From: Gnetum montanum
Taxonomy: Eukaryota > Plantae > Gnetophyta
NCBI GenBank assembly: GCA_015680685.1
Contig: MNCI01002379.1
Location: 1-64,000, forward strand
Length of the DNA: 64,000 nt
Direction: 5' to 3'
The position numbers were made by a program, and so were the translations under genes. The notes under the pieces are model-generated. The model saw only the letters and a program-made list of their open reading frames with translations, was not told the DNA's origin and made no database searches. Numbering within the stretch: position 1 is the stretch's first letter; each line of letters opens with the position of its first letter. This document shows, in pieces, positions 39,031-53,577 of this stretch.

Positions 39031-39899
39031 TTCTAGGGATTAACCTTAAGCTCACTCTCACAAAATGTTAATGGTGTTGACTTATCCTCTCCTAGTGAGG
39101 AAGGAATCATCATTGTATGGATGGCTTCCTTGTTAGTAGGAATATCCTCACTAACATGTATGAAAGTCAACATTTTGACTAGTGTCTCACGATATGTGAT
39201 GGAAGTTATGATAAGGTCATACAAAATTAGGGTTATGTTTTTCTACTTGAGGGATTGCCTAACTTGGTCCATTGCACTTAGAAATTTTTTTTCATTGGTC
39301 ATGGGCTTATCACCTAGGTTGTGCTTTACTTCCTCCATGTTTCCCAAAATGCAAACTTTAGCTTTAGGCTTTGGCTATTGTGGCTCTAGCTTGTTGTTTT
39401 GGTTGTGGATTTTGGTGTCATTATATGGCTTGTTAGTTGAAGGGGATGGGACAAAGGAGGTGATGGGTATAGCTAAAATGGGAATGGACTTCGATGGGCC
39501 CACTTCATTTCAAACCTCCATTTTCTTATCTCCCTTATTGTCAAGCTTTTACTTATGCATCTTCCTTTGTTTAGCTATAGTTTTTTGGTTGTTAGCCATT
39601 GGCTATAAGGAAGAGGCAATAGCATTGGCCACCATAGGGGGTCATTATATAGTTGGTTCGGCTATGGCTAGTTGAGTTGTATTGGGTTGGGAGACCTTAA
39701 TGACAAAAGTTTCCCATAGAGGCATTTGTAATGGTACTCACAAATAAGGGGGATTTTGAGTTATGGGAAGTCGAAGAAGCCTTTCATTGTAGAGGGGTAC
39801 TTGAATCAAAAATGGTTCTCTTGCAGATCTTTAATTGTTATTAATGTTGAATGCTAGAATAACATAGGGGCTATGATTAGCATTTAATGTCTTTGTAGA

Positions 39900-41960
39900 C
39901 CTACATTGACTATTTTTATGGCCAAACTAGGTTAGAAGCATCTAAGATCAATTCCCCTCTATCTATCATCCTTTGCAAGTTATCCTTCAGTGTAAGGCAA
40001 AAGTTTGTGTCATGACTAAATAGTTGATGATAATGGTAGAAGCAGTCTAGCTTGAAGTACCTAGGCAACTCGGGATCATTCTTCATTGCCTAAGTGGGAT
40101 CTTTGGCTATTTTTCATAGTTGCTCATGTTTCTTTTGAGTGGCTTTGGTTATTTCTTTTATGTTGCATGCAACCACTTCTTAATAGTTGGTCTAGCAACT
40201 TGAATGGTTTTATTAAAAATGTAGTGTATTTAGACCTATCTTTCCGTTCGAAATTATGCCTACTTTTTTTGGATGTAGTGGTTCTATAAGTTGATGGTTT
40301 CCTTAGTTATAATTGCTACAGTAGTGTTGTTTTTTTTTTTTACACTTTCCTTTTTCTCTTTGAGTGTGTTGATTTATATATGCTATATAGGCCAAATCAT
40401 GACTACCCTTTCTAGCATCCTTTATATTTTTAGTTTGTGAGAATTCTTGGCTGAGAGACCATGGATCAAGGTAGTAGAGTTTAGACTTTATGAAGTCATT
40501 AACTGCTACGTTAAATATGGCTAACAAGTGGGCTTCAACTATGGGCTTTGTTATTTCATTTAGTAGTCCATTCCATTGCTAAATGAATTTTTGTATAGGT
40601 TCTAAGGACCCCTACTTAACCTTCATGAGTTGGTCAAGTGTTGTGTTAGTCTTCAAGTTATACTTGAAGTAGTTGACAAACTTCGCTACTGAGTCCTCCA
40701 AAGAGGATACGAACCCTCTAGGTAATGTGCAATACCAATAAAATGCTTTCCCAACCAAAGACATAGGGAAAATCCTCATTATGGTATGAGGCCATGACTG
40801 TAAGAGTAAACATTTAGATTGAAAGATAATAAGGTTAGAATTAGGGTCACCTTCTTGGTTATATTTTTTAAATTGGAAAATGGGGACACTAGGAGGAAGC
40901 ATCAATGGTGGTACTACAAGACTTATGGGATTGTCCTAGTAGAAGTCCATAATCTTGATAGTTTGTGTGGTAGAGGCTTTAAGCCTCTTCAACTCCTCTT
41001 ATAAGTCTTCAATCATTTGGAAGGCTTGATCCAAGCCTTGCGATGGCCCCATAGGTTGTGAGGTTTGGACATAAGGTTATGGTATCTATTGTAAGGCGTG
41101 TGGCACCATTATAGGTTGCATGACAGAAGGAAGAGTTTTTGTTATGGTTGTGACTTATGGGCCAAATAAAGAAAAAGATGTTTGTGCTGGTACTTAAGGC
41201 AAAAATGGGACAAATGGGCTGTGTGACCCCTATGTTACTTGGGGTTCCTTGGTGAACCCTACATGTGTGATCAATAGATTTGTGGTGGTGAAAACCACCA
41301 TTGGATTTTATATATCAAGACTATGTTTTAAATGACATTGATGTGCTATAGTTTGTTGTTTGTGGCATTGGTTGAATATGATGAGTGGCTATAACTGGTG
41401 TGGGATTTGCCATAGTAGGGTAGGAAGGAGCAAAAGATGATGGAACCATGCCCATGGAGAGAGAAAAAAAAACATTAGAGGAAGGTGCTATGACTTTGGG
41501 GGATTTTTGTTGGAATAGTCCTCTCAAGATATTTTTAGGCTCAGATTTTGCCTTAAATTCATCCTTCTCTTCTTGTTATTCCTCAAAGCTAGGTTTGTCA
41601 TCTTCCACTTCCATGATAATCAATTAGGCTAGGATGTTAGAATAGATGTCGTTAAGGGAAATTTGGTCATATGGAGAAGCGATGTACTCTTTTCCACCCA
41701 TGTCTATGATCTCAAACTCCCTTTTGGCCTTGGCCTTCAATTTATCAAATTAGCATGCTTGCCTATATTTTAGCATAAATGAAGTTATAATGATCTTCAT
41801 TTATGATTTCAAAATTAGAACTCTCCCCTCTAACCCTCAAAGATCTTCTACACTCAATGATGGCAAGGTATTTGGGATCATACACCCTCATGTCTTGTTG
41901 GCTATGATCTTCACTAGTGAGGTTGAAGGGCAATTTGGTGGACTTTTGGAAAGACATGAC
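39900..41960 (-). pseudogene. gag: Gag (Retrotrans_gag), disrupted
   Basis: ORF 40612-40905 FKKYNQEGDP...FPMSLVGKAFYWYCTLPRG..SSLED...FVNYF. Decayed knuckle FYHYHQLFSHDTNFC at ~39995-40045. Confidence 0.85.
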
Positions 41961-43165
41961 TATAGTGCTAAGAATTGCTTAAAAATAGGCTATAAATGGT
42001 AAAATAGGAGTAAATTACGGTGAATGAAATTCAAATACTCTTAAAGGTAATGAAAATGGAGAAAATGATGTACTTACTATACTTAGTAAGTGGGGGATAA
42101 GGGGGGTTTACCCCTTTACCAGAAATGGAATGTTGAAAACATTGGTTTCAAATCTCACCTAAGTTGGCCTCCTAATTACCTCTATACTAGGTATGGTAGG
42201 GAAGTGGAAGAAAGAAGGGGGATGAGATACTAAAAATCTTACATCTTCTTATTTCAACGTTATACAAAGGAGGAAAAGTTTGAAGAACAAAATGAAAACT
42301 TGGCACTTTCTAAGATGGTTTTGGCAAGATAAACACTTTTATCACAAAAAAGGAAAAAGCAAACTTGGTTGGTATAGATACTAATGCTATTCTAGTGACA
42401 AAAAAATGTGGCAACAAAAATTAAATGGTTATTAAGGCTTCCAAACTAGATTTTCTCTAGAAATTCATAGTAGATGTGAAATTTTAGCATCCAAACCACC
42501 TATAGCTTTCACACTGAGGTCTTTGCTATAGGGGAGGTAAAGGAAATGTTGGATTCCTTAGGAGGTTTGGCTTTAAAAAACTAGAAAATGGATTTCAACT
42601 TACAATAAAAAGTAGATCTGGTCATTAAATTAGTTTTAAACCTCATCAATGCTAGCCTCCCAACTACTTCCACATTGGGTATGGCAAAGGGGGGAAAAGA
42701 AGCAGGGTGAGATTTTGGGAATCTCACACATCCTACTTTATGTTGATGAGGGGAAGGCTAGAAACCAAAGTGGAAAGTTGGTGTTTTTCCATTAAAACTG
42801 GTTTTAGCCAGCTACCAATTTTCTCAGCTTAGAAAAATGGGGGGAATATAACTTACGAAATAGTTGAACCACCCACTTTAGAAACTAGAGAATAAAGTTT
42901 TAGTAGTAAAAAGGAAACATAAGGGGGTAACAGATATCAATGCTTCCTTTGGACTATAAAATTCACAAGTGCTATGAAAAGCCAATACCCAACCACCTAC
43001 AACTTCCATGCTGCAATTTTGGTCATAGTGTGGAAAGATTAGTTTTGATTCTTCAAAGTTTTTGGCTACAAAAAATAAAGAAAAAACTTGCAAATGGAAA
43101 TACAAAGAATAAATCTAGTCACAAAATTTAGGTGAATGCCATATTATAGTGCTAAGAAGAAAAAA

Positions 43166-44661
43166 TATTGTGATTAAAAACCTCAATCACTAGAAAAACC
43201 ATGGATCCTTAGTGTAATAGTTTTCCAACCTTGAATTCCTAGGGCCTCCATAAGAAAAATGGGATTTGAGGAACCCTAGTTGATCTAGTAGATCAACTAA
43301 GGACTTATGAAATGCAAAGCATAGAAATACAAATAAATCCAAATAATGCATAAGAAATAAATTTATTTTTGAACACAAAACTCAAAACTTAAATCTTTAT
43401 TGAGAAAGAATAGAGAGTAAGTGGTGCTTGGATGAGAAAATAAGGGGGGCTCACTTATGTAGGAGTTTAAACCCCATTGAAGCTAATGTGATCTACTCCA
43501 TGATTCAGGTGCTAAGCCACTCCTAATGCTATTGAACCTTCCTTCATTGTTACAACCTTAGATTTACAAGTTAGGTCACTACTAGGGGGATGAGAAAAGT
43601 GGAAAGTTTGAATGCCAGATTGCTTCATGCTGGGGTTTGAAAATCCCCGAAGTGTAGTATTGACATCAAAAAATCCACAAATCTCAAGGCTACAATGCTT
43701 TCATACTTGGATTCAAGAGAATGCAAGTATGGGAACTTGTAAGAGCTCTTGAGTGCCTAAGAATGCCCTAAGTATTGAATTATGAATAATGTTGTGTGTA
43801 TGCCAAAAATTGCTTGATAATGCTAAACTTTCTCCAAATTTTAGAACCTTGAGAAAATTGTTAAACCCATAAATGGTGTTTGAGGTTGGTTTTTATAGGT
43901 TATTTGGTCCATGAATGGGGATACAAAATGACTATGATTTGGCTACAAAATGGCTATAAATTGGCTGCCAAATTTAGGTGAGATGGATACCTAAATTTGA
44001 GGGGCTACTATACATAGTAAGTGCTTCCTCCCATGGTCATTCAATTTACTCTAAATAGTAACTGGAGCACACATTCCATGCTGGAGATGAATCTTTTATG
44101 ATGAAATCTCCACCATGCTTTCTAAATTGGTTGGTCAATGTTGAAGTACATAAAGTGATGAATTTTGGCTTTTGTGGCTTCCATGCCAAGGGATTGCATT
44201 TTCCATGCTAAGGATGAAGATTCCACGTTGGGGGAAAACTTCCATGTTGAGGGGAAAGGTTTTCAAGTTATGCATGTGATCTTCACATTGAAAGGGGAAA
44301 GTTTCCAAAACCCCCATCCTTCCATGCTAGGGGTAGGTGAGATCTACCCCCTGCATGTGTTTCTAGGGTAGAAAAATGTTTACCTGCCATAAAACCCATT
44401 AAATTATCCTTTTTTGGATTCCAAAAAGCATTTTTAACTCCCTAAAGCCAAAATATACACACTAGATAATCTTTTTCACTTGGGGAATGAGGCTTTGACC
44501 ACTTATGAGGTACTTGTTAGGCCCAAAAGTATAAAGTATGTGAAATTACCCACTATGGGTTAAAATGTTCACATTTACAATAAATTTTTGCCTCAGGTTT
44601 TATGGGATGAAAGCTACATGATGAAGATTGGCTATAACATACAAATTTTTGTGGTGTTTTA
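43166..44661 (-). repeat. 5' LTR of Tat/Ogre copy A
   Basis: Colinear with 18640-20101. Minus-strand TATA (plus-strand ttttatagg) at ~43891. Decayed PBS-like sequence at ~43137-43153. Confidence 0.85.
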
Positions 44662-45564
44662 GCCATGATTGATCACTTTTCTATTAGAACAAGCTGGAAC
44701 TTAAAGTCACATGTCAATGTGATTGTAGGACATCCAAATAAAGCTAGAATCATCCAAAAGGACCTATAATAAGCATGAAATATTAGAGTATGATACAAGA
44801 GTCAAGGGTGCATCACCAAAGACTAATAACCTTAACCAAATGCACTAGACTATAAATAGAGGATGTATAGAATACTTCATTTGATTTAGGGCTTACAATT
44901 AACATATAAATTGTCACTGGATGCTTCATCAAGTACCTTTGTCATGGTGTAAGCATCAAGAAGATTTAATAATCAAGATAAGAAGATAAGGATAATCATG
45001 CATTCCATACTAATGGAGGGATTGTTAGAGATAGTGTGTGATGTTCCATGTATCTAACAAGATAAACAAAATAGACAAAAGTAAAATTTACACTTTGTCA
45101 TCATATTAAGTAAAAATAAAAATTGATTTTATTTTATTAAAATGAATTAATTGGAAGATGTACTTATTTTTTTCCCCAATTTATCCTCTTTTCTTTCATT
45201 ATTTTCATATTTTTATCATTAGGAAATGACTTCTCATTAACCTTAAGTGTAGTCCTAACCATTTTATATAAGTGTAATGACCATACATTGATGTAGATGA
45301 TAGTTTTGAAGGTAATACAAGATTAATGAAAATTTTCTCTCCAAAAAAATTTTGCAAAAATAAAAAATTATTTTTAATCAAGTTATGTCAAAAAAATCAA
45401 TAGATAAAAAATTTGTGAAAATTTTAAGTTCTTTAAGATTTCCTATTGTTGATATTCTAATTTTTAAAGGTGTTGAGGGTACACATTTCTTTTTTCTTAA
45501 TTAAGAGTTATGAATAAATATTTTCTTGTCCAGTAATTTTTTAGGAGTCCATGATTCATATTAT

Positions 45565-47396
45565 TGATATTAAACTTAAAGGATTAATAGCTAAATGGTA
45601 GGATAGAGAATGTATCAAATATTTTGAAGAGCATGGTAGTTCTATTGAAAGATGAAAACTTATGGAATTTATCTTCTAGCAACAATTTGAGAAGGTTTTT
45701 GACCTTCATAAACCCACCTAGAAGCTGAAATTTATTTAGCAAGGAGACAAAGAATTCAAGGACTATCATGTTTACTTTTGTAATACTTTACAAAAGGATG
45801 ATGTTCATTGATTTGAATATCAATAAGCTTCTTGTTTTATTAGTGGATTAAGGATGCAATATTAACAGGAATTTATATTTTGTGATTTTGATACTATTGA
45901 TGAAGGTTACTATCTTACTCCAAACTTTGAAATGAAGATAAGAAAGAATGGATTGAAGAAAGAAAAGGATTAAAATAAGTAGAATGATAAATATACAATT
46001 CAAAAATCAAAGAAGTCATCTAAGAAGGAAAGTTAAGATGAGTAAGAGCAAGAGAGGGCATCTATGTCATCTCAAAAGAAAGGAAGAATGATAAATAGAT
46101 CTCCAAGATAAGGTAAAGATTAGTGCTATAATTGTGGTGTTTATGGACATTATCAATTGGAATGTGCTAAGACAAAGAATAATGCATTCAAGGACAAAGA
46201 AATCAAAACTAAACAAGAAAAGAAAATGAACCTAAAAATTTAAGAAACATGTGTGAGACTAAACCTTTGCAAATTATTAAGTAGAGTAAGTTGGATAACT
46301 ATATTTTTGTTGATAATATATATGTCAATGAGGATGTCGTAAGGAAAAGTTTATTTAGAACTTGTTATAATGTTAAAGATTATTTTTTTGAATGTGCTTA
46401 TTAATAGTGGATACAAGAGAATGTGATCTCTACTAAGGCTATAAAATTATTGTATCTAGAAAACATTTCTCATCCTAATATGTATAAAGTTTATTGGATG
46501 AAGAAGAATCATTACAATAAACTTAAGAACCAATGTGTTGTAGAGTATTCTATTAGCCAATTTTAGGATAGAGTTCTTTATGATGTGTTGCCTATTAATT
46601 GTGTTAATACTATTTTGAATAGGTCATGGAATTATGATAATAAAACTATTTTTGATGATGAAAATAGTACTTGAGTAATCATTAAGAATCACTAGAGATT
46701 TAAATTATTGTTTACAATTATTGATGATGATAGTTGCTATTTGAATTCTTCATTAATGCTTCATAGCTTGAGGTTAGGTATTATGATGATATCATTTATG
46801 AAGTTAAAGATGTATGCATTTCAATTGGATAATGCTATTGATATTGTTAATTTTCATATACATGAAAACAAAAGTGTTAGTTATGTTGAATAGTAATTAT
46901 TTTTGTGACTATTATTGTGTTGGTTGATTAATGTTGGTACTTGTGCTAGTATTATGTTGAATTACATGTCTTTATTGATGTTGAGACATGGTTTGAAGAA
47001 TTTAAACAACAAAAATGGTGATTATTGTTGATCATTCTTTATGTTTAAATAATGAAGCATTTCAAATGGCTAAAGGAGGAGAATTACCATTGAGAATTGG
47101 TAAGGCCTCAATACCTTTCTCATTGATGGATCCTAATGTATCTTTTTAAAAAAATTTATTATATCTTTATGAAGGCATAAGCTACGATAAAGATGTAATG
47201 AAGATATTTCAAGATGATGATGCATTATTGGAAGAAAAGTAAGGCATGAAGATAAGTATCCAAGAGTAATTTAAGCTTAAAACTAAAACTTCAATTGTTC
47301 TAATCAAGTGCAATACTTATTCTTATAATGATTTGTATGCATTGATTCATGAAAATTATAATGCTAAATTGAATGACCTTGAGTCATGAGAGCATT
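45565..47396 (+). mobile_element. CRM-like gypsy element, gag-protease only; continues after the nested insert at 56205
   Basis: Decayed PBS tgatattaaac at 45565. Zinc knuckle CYNCGVYGHYQLEC at 46124-46165. CRM-type protease region RKSLFRTC...VLINSG...HPNMYKVYW...VLYDVLPINCVNTILNRSWNYD at ~46340-46640. Confidence 0.7.
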
Positions 47397-50050
47397 TGTA
47401 ACACCTTGCCCTAGCTAGGGCAGGGTGATGCCTAGGATCACTAGTAACCTCACAACAAAAGCATAATCACTAAAATCTAATGATTTGTAGAAATTTCATA
47501 CTAAACCAAAAACTAAACATACATTTCAATTGATAAAGCTACATCTCTCTACATACAGCAAAATATGCACTACTTTGCTAAGATACAAAAACACATAAAC
47601 ATCATCATCATATAGATATAAGAGTATAGAGAGGTTCATACAACTATACATAGTCCATACTATTGTACATGGAAATATACATTAACCAAGCATTGAAGAG
47701 TTTCCCCTTCTCTACTCCCCCTCTCTATGCTCATCTAGACTCTTGTGACTTCCACCTGTAATGGAATACAACTAGTATACAACTAAGTGGGAAGCCTTAA
47801 TATTTCCCCTACTAGATGATCCACAAGTGCTGCATTGGAGGAGAGAAGTGTGGTATAAGGCAACATACAATAACTACTAGTCTTGTGCATGCTAAGAACA
47901 ACACATATTCACACCATATTGCACATCACATCACATCATTTCCACTATCATGCCCATGCCATCATACCTACAACCCACATAATCATAATCTAATCCTAAT
48001 ATATATTATTAGTGCTATGACTCACAAGTTGATACTATTATATGTCCATGTGGTAGCTAACATACCCACACTCATTGTAGCATGTGAAACATTTCCATGA
48101 GTAGTCATAAACAGACATTTCTTGTAGGCCTTTTATTATTCTTATATTTATCCAACTGATGCTAGAGTCTATTAACCTATGACTTGCAACCACTAGCCTT
48201 CTGGACAACTAGTGATACAAACAAACATACCTATGCCACATACTAGCCATAGGAATGAACACATCTATGTTCTCCCACTCTTAGGATGAGGCTTGAGATA
48301 GGGTCCTCAACAATGCATCATAGTGGGGGTCAATCCATACTACCTCCAAGGTGCCTCATCACCAATCAATCCACACTCTCATGCTAGCACCATCCACTAA
48401 TGACCATAACAAGCATCATCACAAAGACATGTACACATTCTAGCTATCTTAAGCCAACACATGTCATAAGTACAACACATCTAGACCCAACATAACATGA
48501 CCACATAAATTCATACCTAACAGTAACATTCATTCCATGAGAATAATACCATGATTCAACAAAATAACATTTTGTGCCATGATCATATGTCTTGAATTAC
48601 ATGTAATTCCATAAAAAAATAATACTATAATAACCTCCAAAATGATATATGCCCAAAGAGAAAACCAATTCCATGATTAGAAAGTACTTCCCAAAATGAT
48701 CCCAACAACATTAATTTCACTTAAATTGAACTCCTGGAAGCAAAGTTATGCATGTTCAAAGTCTGATTAAGAAAATAATAATTAATAATATTTAATTCTT
48801 ACCAATATGAATTAAAACTCAAAGAAACTCTTGCACCACAATAGGCCTTGAAAATATAATATTCCAATCATACCAATCTCATCAACACCACATATCATGT
48901 TCAAAAAGTTCACATCATACCATACATCACATATATATTATTAAACAATTTGTAACCAAAACCACATAATTTTGAGAAATATGCAAAATAACATGTCCAA
49001 GCTTAATCTTTGAGTTCTCTACCCCAAAAGCCCACATCACATGATCATATACACTGATCCAACACAAAAATATAGGGAAAAGGTAAAAACAATCCACCAA
49101 TTACAATTGTTGGGGTAGAAAGGCTGAAACAAGAAGTAAACTCTCAGAAATCTAGTAGGACTCCATTTCGCTATAAACAAGTTCTATACCCATGTAGATA
49201 TGACAACAACAATCCCAAATCTAAGTTCAAAGTAAGCAAAAACCATTTACAAAACTTAGAATTTACAAAAATATGAAATAGAAGAAGAAAGAAGAAAACA
49301 AAACTGATGAAAATAGGCTCTTGTTCATTTCTATTAATGTGAACATACATAGAAAAGAATAGACTCCAAAACCCAATTTCTATGAGTACATGATGGTGAG
49401 GTAGTGAAAGTTAAAAAACAAGAGAAAACAAAATGCATAAAGAATATGCTTTTATTTAATAGAAAAATAATGATGTGCTTCTTTTTTCCACATGCCTCAC
49501 ATCACATGTATAGCTAATTTGAATTTTTACTTTTGAATTTTTTATGATTTTTTAAATGAAATATTTTCATAAGCTATATTGATTTATTTTCCTTTGCAAC
49601 TAATGCCATGAAATTTAATCATGTGCAACAAACACATTGGGACAATAAATCAAAATCTATTTGAACCTATGAGATCTTTATCAAATGCTCTACACATTCA
49701 TCCAAAGCTGCACCTAAGCATCACATAACATACCACTATTGTTCAAATGCATAAATGCTAAAATTTCATATAAATCTTAAATGCATACCAAATAGGTGCT
49801 CTTGTACCCCAATCCAACACCCCTACCAGCAACCTCACTTGTTTAACACATCACACAGGGCTAGTATACATAATTACATTAGTTAAGCATGTTAAGAAAT
49901 CATAATTGTAACATAAAGACAAAGCCTCATAACCTATACAATATATTTATATTAAATTAACTCATCCTTGATGACCCACTAGGACTCCACATGTAACAGA
50001 TAAATCATAAGCATATGACCATACCTAATGTCTTTGGATGGAATGTAACA
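47397..50050 (-). repeat. 3' LTR of the Tekay element
   Basis: tgtaacacc...ggaatgtaaca, colinear with 53578-56204. Confidence 0.95.
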
Positions 50051-50069
50051 TTCTTCCCTCCTTGAGAAT

Positions 50070-53000
50070 CTTCCTCTTAAAATATCTTAGGATGAGTTTC
50101 AAGCATCTTAGTCTCCACATCCTAGGTAGCCTTTAAAGCTCCATGTCTACACCATAAAATTTTGACCATAGGCACAACTTTACTATGTAGTTGTTGCAAC
50201 ATATGAACAACAATCTCTACTGGCTGCTCAACATAGCTCACATCATACTATAGTTGTATCCCTAAATGGTCAATCACATGGTGTTCATCAAGCACATAAT
50301 GTCATAGTATAGATGCATGAAACACATCATGTACATGTGCCAAATAATAAGTTAATGCTATTTGATAGGACACTCTCCCAATCCAATGTAACTTTTGAAA
50401 TGAACCAATGTATCTAAGAGCCAATTTTCTTTTTTGGCTAAATCAAGTAAGGCCTTTCAAGGGAGAAACATGAAGAAATACATGATCTTCAATTGCAAAC
50501 TCTAGTGGTGTTTGTCACTAATTAACATATGCCACCTACCTATCTTGTTTAGCTTTGAATCTATCTTGAATCTCCCAAATCTACTCTATAGTCTACCTTA
50601 CAAAATCTGTTCTCACCTACTAATGATCTTCTATAGCATCCCAACATAAAGGTATTCTACATGGCCTACCATATAAAATCTCATATGGTGCTACACACAA
50701 ACTATCTTGATAACTATTATTATATGCAAATTTAGCTAATGGTAGCATCCAATTACAACCTTCTTTATATGACAAAGCACAAGCTCTCAACTTGTCTTCT
50801 AGAATTTGATTCACCTAGTTAGTCTAACCATTAGTTTGTGGATGACATGTCAAACTCATATTTAGTTTTCTACACATATCCCTTTGAAATGCCTAGTTAA
50901 AATGTGACATGAATCCAACATTTCTATCACTAATAATCTATTGTGGAACTCCATGCAATTTCACTATCTCTAAAAGAAAGAGATGTGTAGTTTCTACTAC
51001 ATTCACTGATGATCACATGGCAAGGAAATGGGTAGACTTTTTCAACAAATCAAAAAATACCAATATGGTATCATAGCCACTACAAGCTCACAAAAGACCA
51101 ACAATGAAATCCATACCAATGGCATCCCATGTCCACTGAGGAATATCATGGGAATGCAAATATCCCCCAAGCCTCTAATGCTCTATCTTCAGTTGCTAGA
51201 AAATTAAATATTGAGACACATAATCTTCTACATTCCTCTTCATACCAATTCACCAATACATCTATCATAAACTCTAGTACATTTTTTGACTACCTAGATG
51301 CATTTGGTGTTTATTCATGTGGATCTCATTCCTCAACTAAATTCCTAGACCTTTTTAAACACATACTCAACCATCCCTTTATAACACTTCATGGCTATCC
51401 ACAAAGAGTAGTTTATTAGAGGTGATCTATTTACTTCAATTCTTGATACCATGGATCATTTTATTGTTTCTCTCACATCTGCTCCTACAAATTTGATTGG
51501 ATTGTTAAGCTATTAAGCTTACTCGCCACCCTACGCAATGTATTCACTACTTTATTAGTCTTTCCAGGCTTGTATTTAATAGTGAAATCAAAGTTAGTAA
51601 ACAACTCCACCCATCTACATTGTTTCAAGTTTAATTATGGGTGACTCATAAGATATTAGAGGCTCTTATGGTCAATTTAAATTGTAACCTACTCCCCATA
51701 TAGATAATGCCACGAAATCGTCAATGTGAATATCACAACACCCAAATCTAGATCATGCATGGGATATCTAATTTCATGTGGCCTCAATTGATGAGATGCA
51801 TAAGCCACAACCTATCCATCCCACATTAACACACAACCAAATCCATCCTATAGAGCATCAGTACTAACATCATATGGATGTCCTAGTATGAGATATATTA
51901 GCATTGGAGTAGTCACCAATCTATGCTTCAACTCTTCAAATGCAACCTAACAAGCTAGGCTCTAAGTAAAGTTAGTCTCCTCCCTAAAAAATCGAGTCAA
52001 AGGAGATGCTATGTGAGAAAAATATTTCACAAAAATGTGATAATATCCTACTAATCCTAACAAGCTTCATACCTCCACTACTAATTACAACACAAGTTAT
52101 TCATGAATGACTATAATCTTTGTAGAATCCACATAGATAATAGCTCTTGACACCACATGTCCCAAGAATTAAATCTTTCACTATGAAAATGAACACTTGG
52201 ATGGCTAAGTATATAGTTGTTACTCCTTCAAAGTATGTAAGATCATCTGTAAGTGCTTTGCATGTAACTATTCATTGAGAGAATATACTAAGATACCATG
52301 TATAAACACAATCATAAATTGATCTAAGAATTATTGCATCACATTGTTCATGAGGTGCATGAAAACTATTGGTGCTTTTGTCAACCCAAATTGAAGCACT
52401 AAAAACTCAATAATGGCCATATCATATTCTGAATGTCATCTTTGATACACCCTATTCATGATCCTACACTTAATGATACCTAGACTCGAGATCAATCTTT
52501 GAGAATACATGAGCATCTCAAAGTTGATGAAATAAGTCATCAATGTATGGAAGAGGATATTTTTTTCTTTAACATCACTTGGTTTAGCTTCTTGTAATCT
52601 ATGCATAGTCACAAAGCCCCATCCTTCTTTTTAACAAGTATCACTAATGCACCCCATTGTGATACACTAGGTTGAATGAGACCTTTATCTAGTAATTCTT
52701 GTAGCTGAATCTTTATCTCCGCTAGCTCTACAAGGGACATCCTATGTGGAGTCCTTGAAATAGGCTTAGTACTAGGTTTAATTTCAATCTCGAACTTAAT
52801 CTCTCACATTGATGGCAAACCCAATAATTCTCACTAGAGTACATTAGAAAATTCTTGAATCATAGTCTCTATCATATCTATTTTATATATTGCAGTCACA
52901 AAGCATTCATGTCCTTTTTGTAACATCCTATGGTACATCTAAGAAGAGATCAAATCCAAGCACATAGTCCTCAGATTAGTTTGTATTTCAATCAAATCAC

Positions 53001-53300
53001 CATCAACTAATTGTAGTCTTAGAATCTTTTGCTAATAGTCCAAACTAGCATTGAAATGTGATATCCAATCCATCCCTAAAATCACATCATATACATTAAG
53101 ATCCATAACATTCAAATCACTAACCCACTACATAACTTTTAATTCTATTGGCACACTTATACACACCTAGTCAACTCAAGTCTAATAACCCCTAGTAGAA
53201 GATACTATTAACCCAAGATAAAGAAAATGATATCCAAGGCCTACATGATGTACCATACTAGGATCTATAAAAGAATGATTGGCACCTGACCACTACCACT
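50070..53300 (-). pseudogene. pol: pol: protease, RT, RNase H, integrase, chromodomain (many stops and frameshifts)
   Basis: SGANHSFIDP (~53260-53290), KIDLESRYH, VFIHGILVYS (decayed VFIDDILVYS, ~52280-52310), HLGSQKMY, LPLAKFAYNNSYQDSLCVAPYEILYGRPCR (ORF 50620-50814), VKILW...AT*D chromodomain (~50115-50170). Confidence 0.92.
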
Positions 53301-53577
53301 ATACACTTCTCTAACTGTGGGAATAGGAGCATCACTAGCCATACCATACTACTATAGGATCTATAATAGTTGTTGTATAAACTTTGGTTGCCTATTTGCA
53401 AGACCACTACTAAATGTTTGAGGAGGTTGCTCCTACCTATCATTAGACCCTTCTAAACTATAGGCCCCACTAGCACCATGACCACATCTATGATACATAT
53501 CCGTAACCTAAAATCACAAATGGGTGAGTACCCTAATCATCATACAAAATCATAGTAAACTAGCTCTAATACCATAA

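Larger units (their letters stand above)
30321..44661 (-). mobile_element. Tat/Ogre gypsy copy A: 5' LTR, leader, gag, protease, antisense gene, motif-rich spacer
   Basis: LTR 43166-44661, gag and protease motifs on the minus strand, and spacer homologous to copy B. Confidence 0.85.

Noticed and set aside
39121-39675. 184-aa hydrophobic + strand ORF, the longest in the track
   Set aside because: Antisense shadow of the K/Q/P-rich gag-protease linker, with no independent coding signal.
44662-45060. Copia-like PPT/LTR junction (ggagggattgttag) with a TATA
   Set aside because: No partner LTR or coding domain, and too short to classify.
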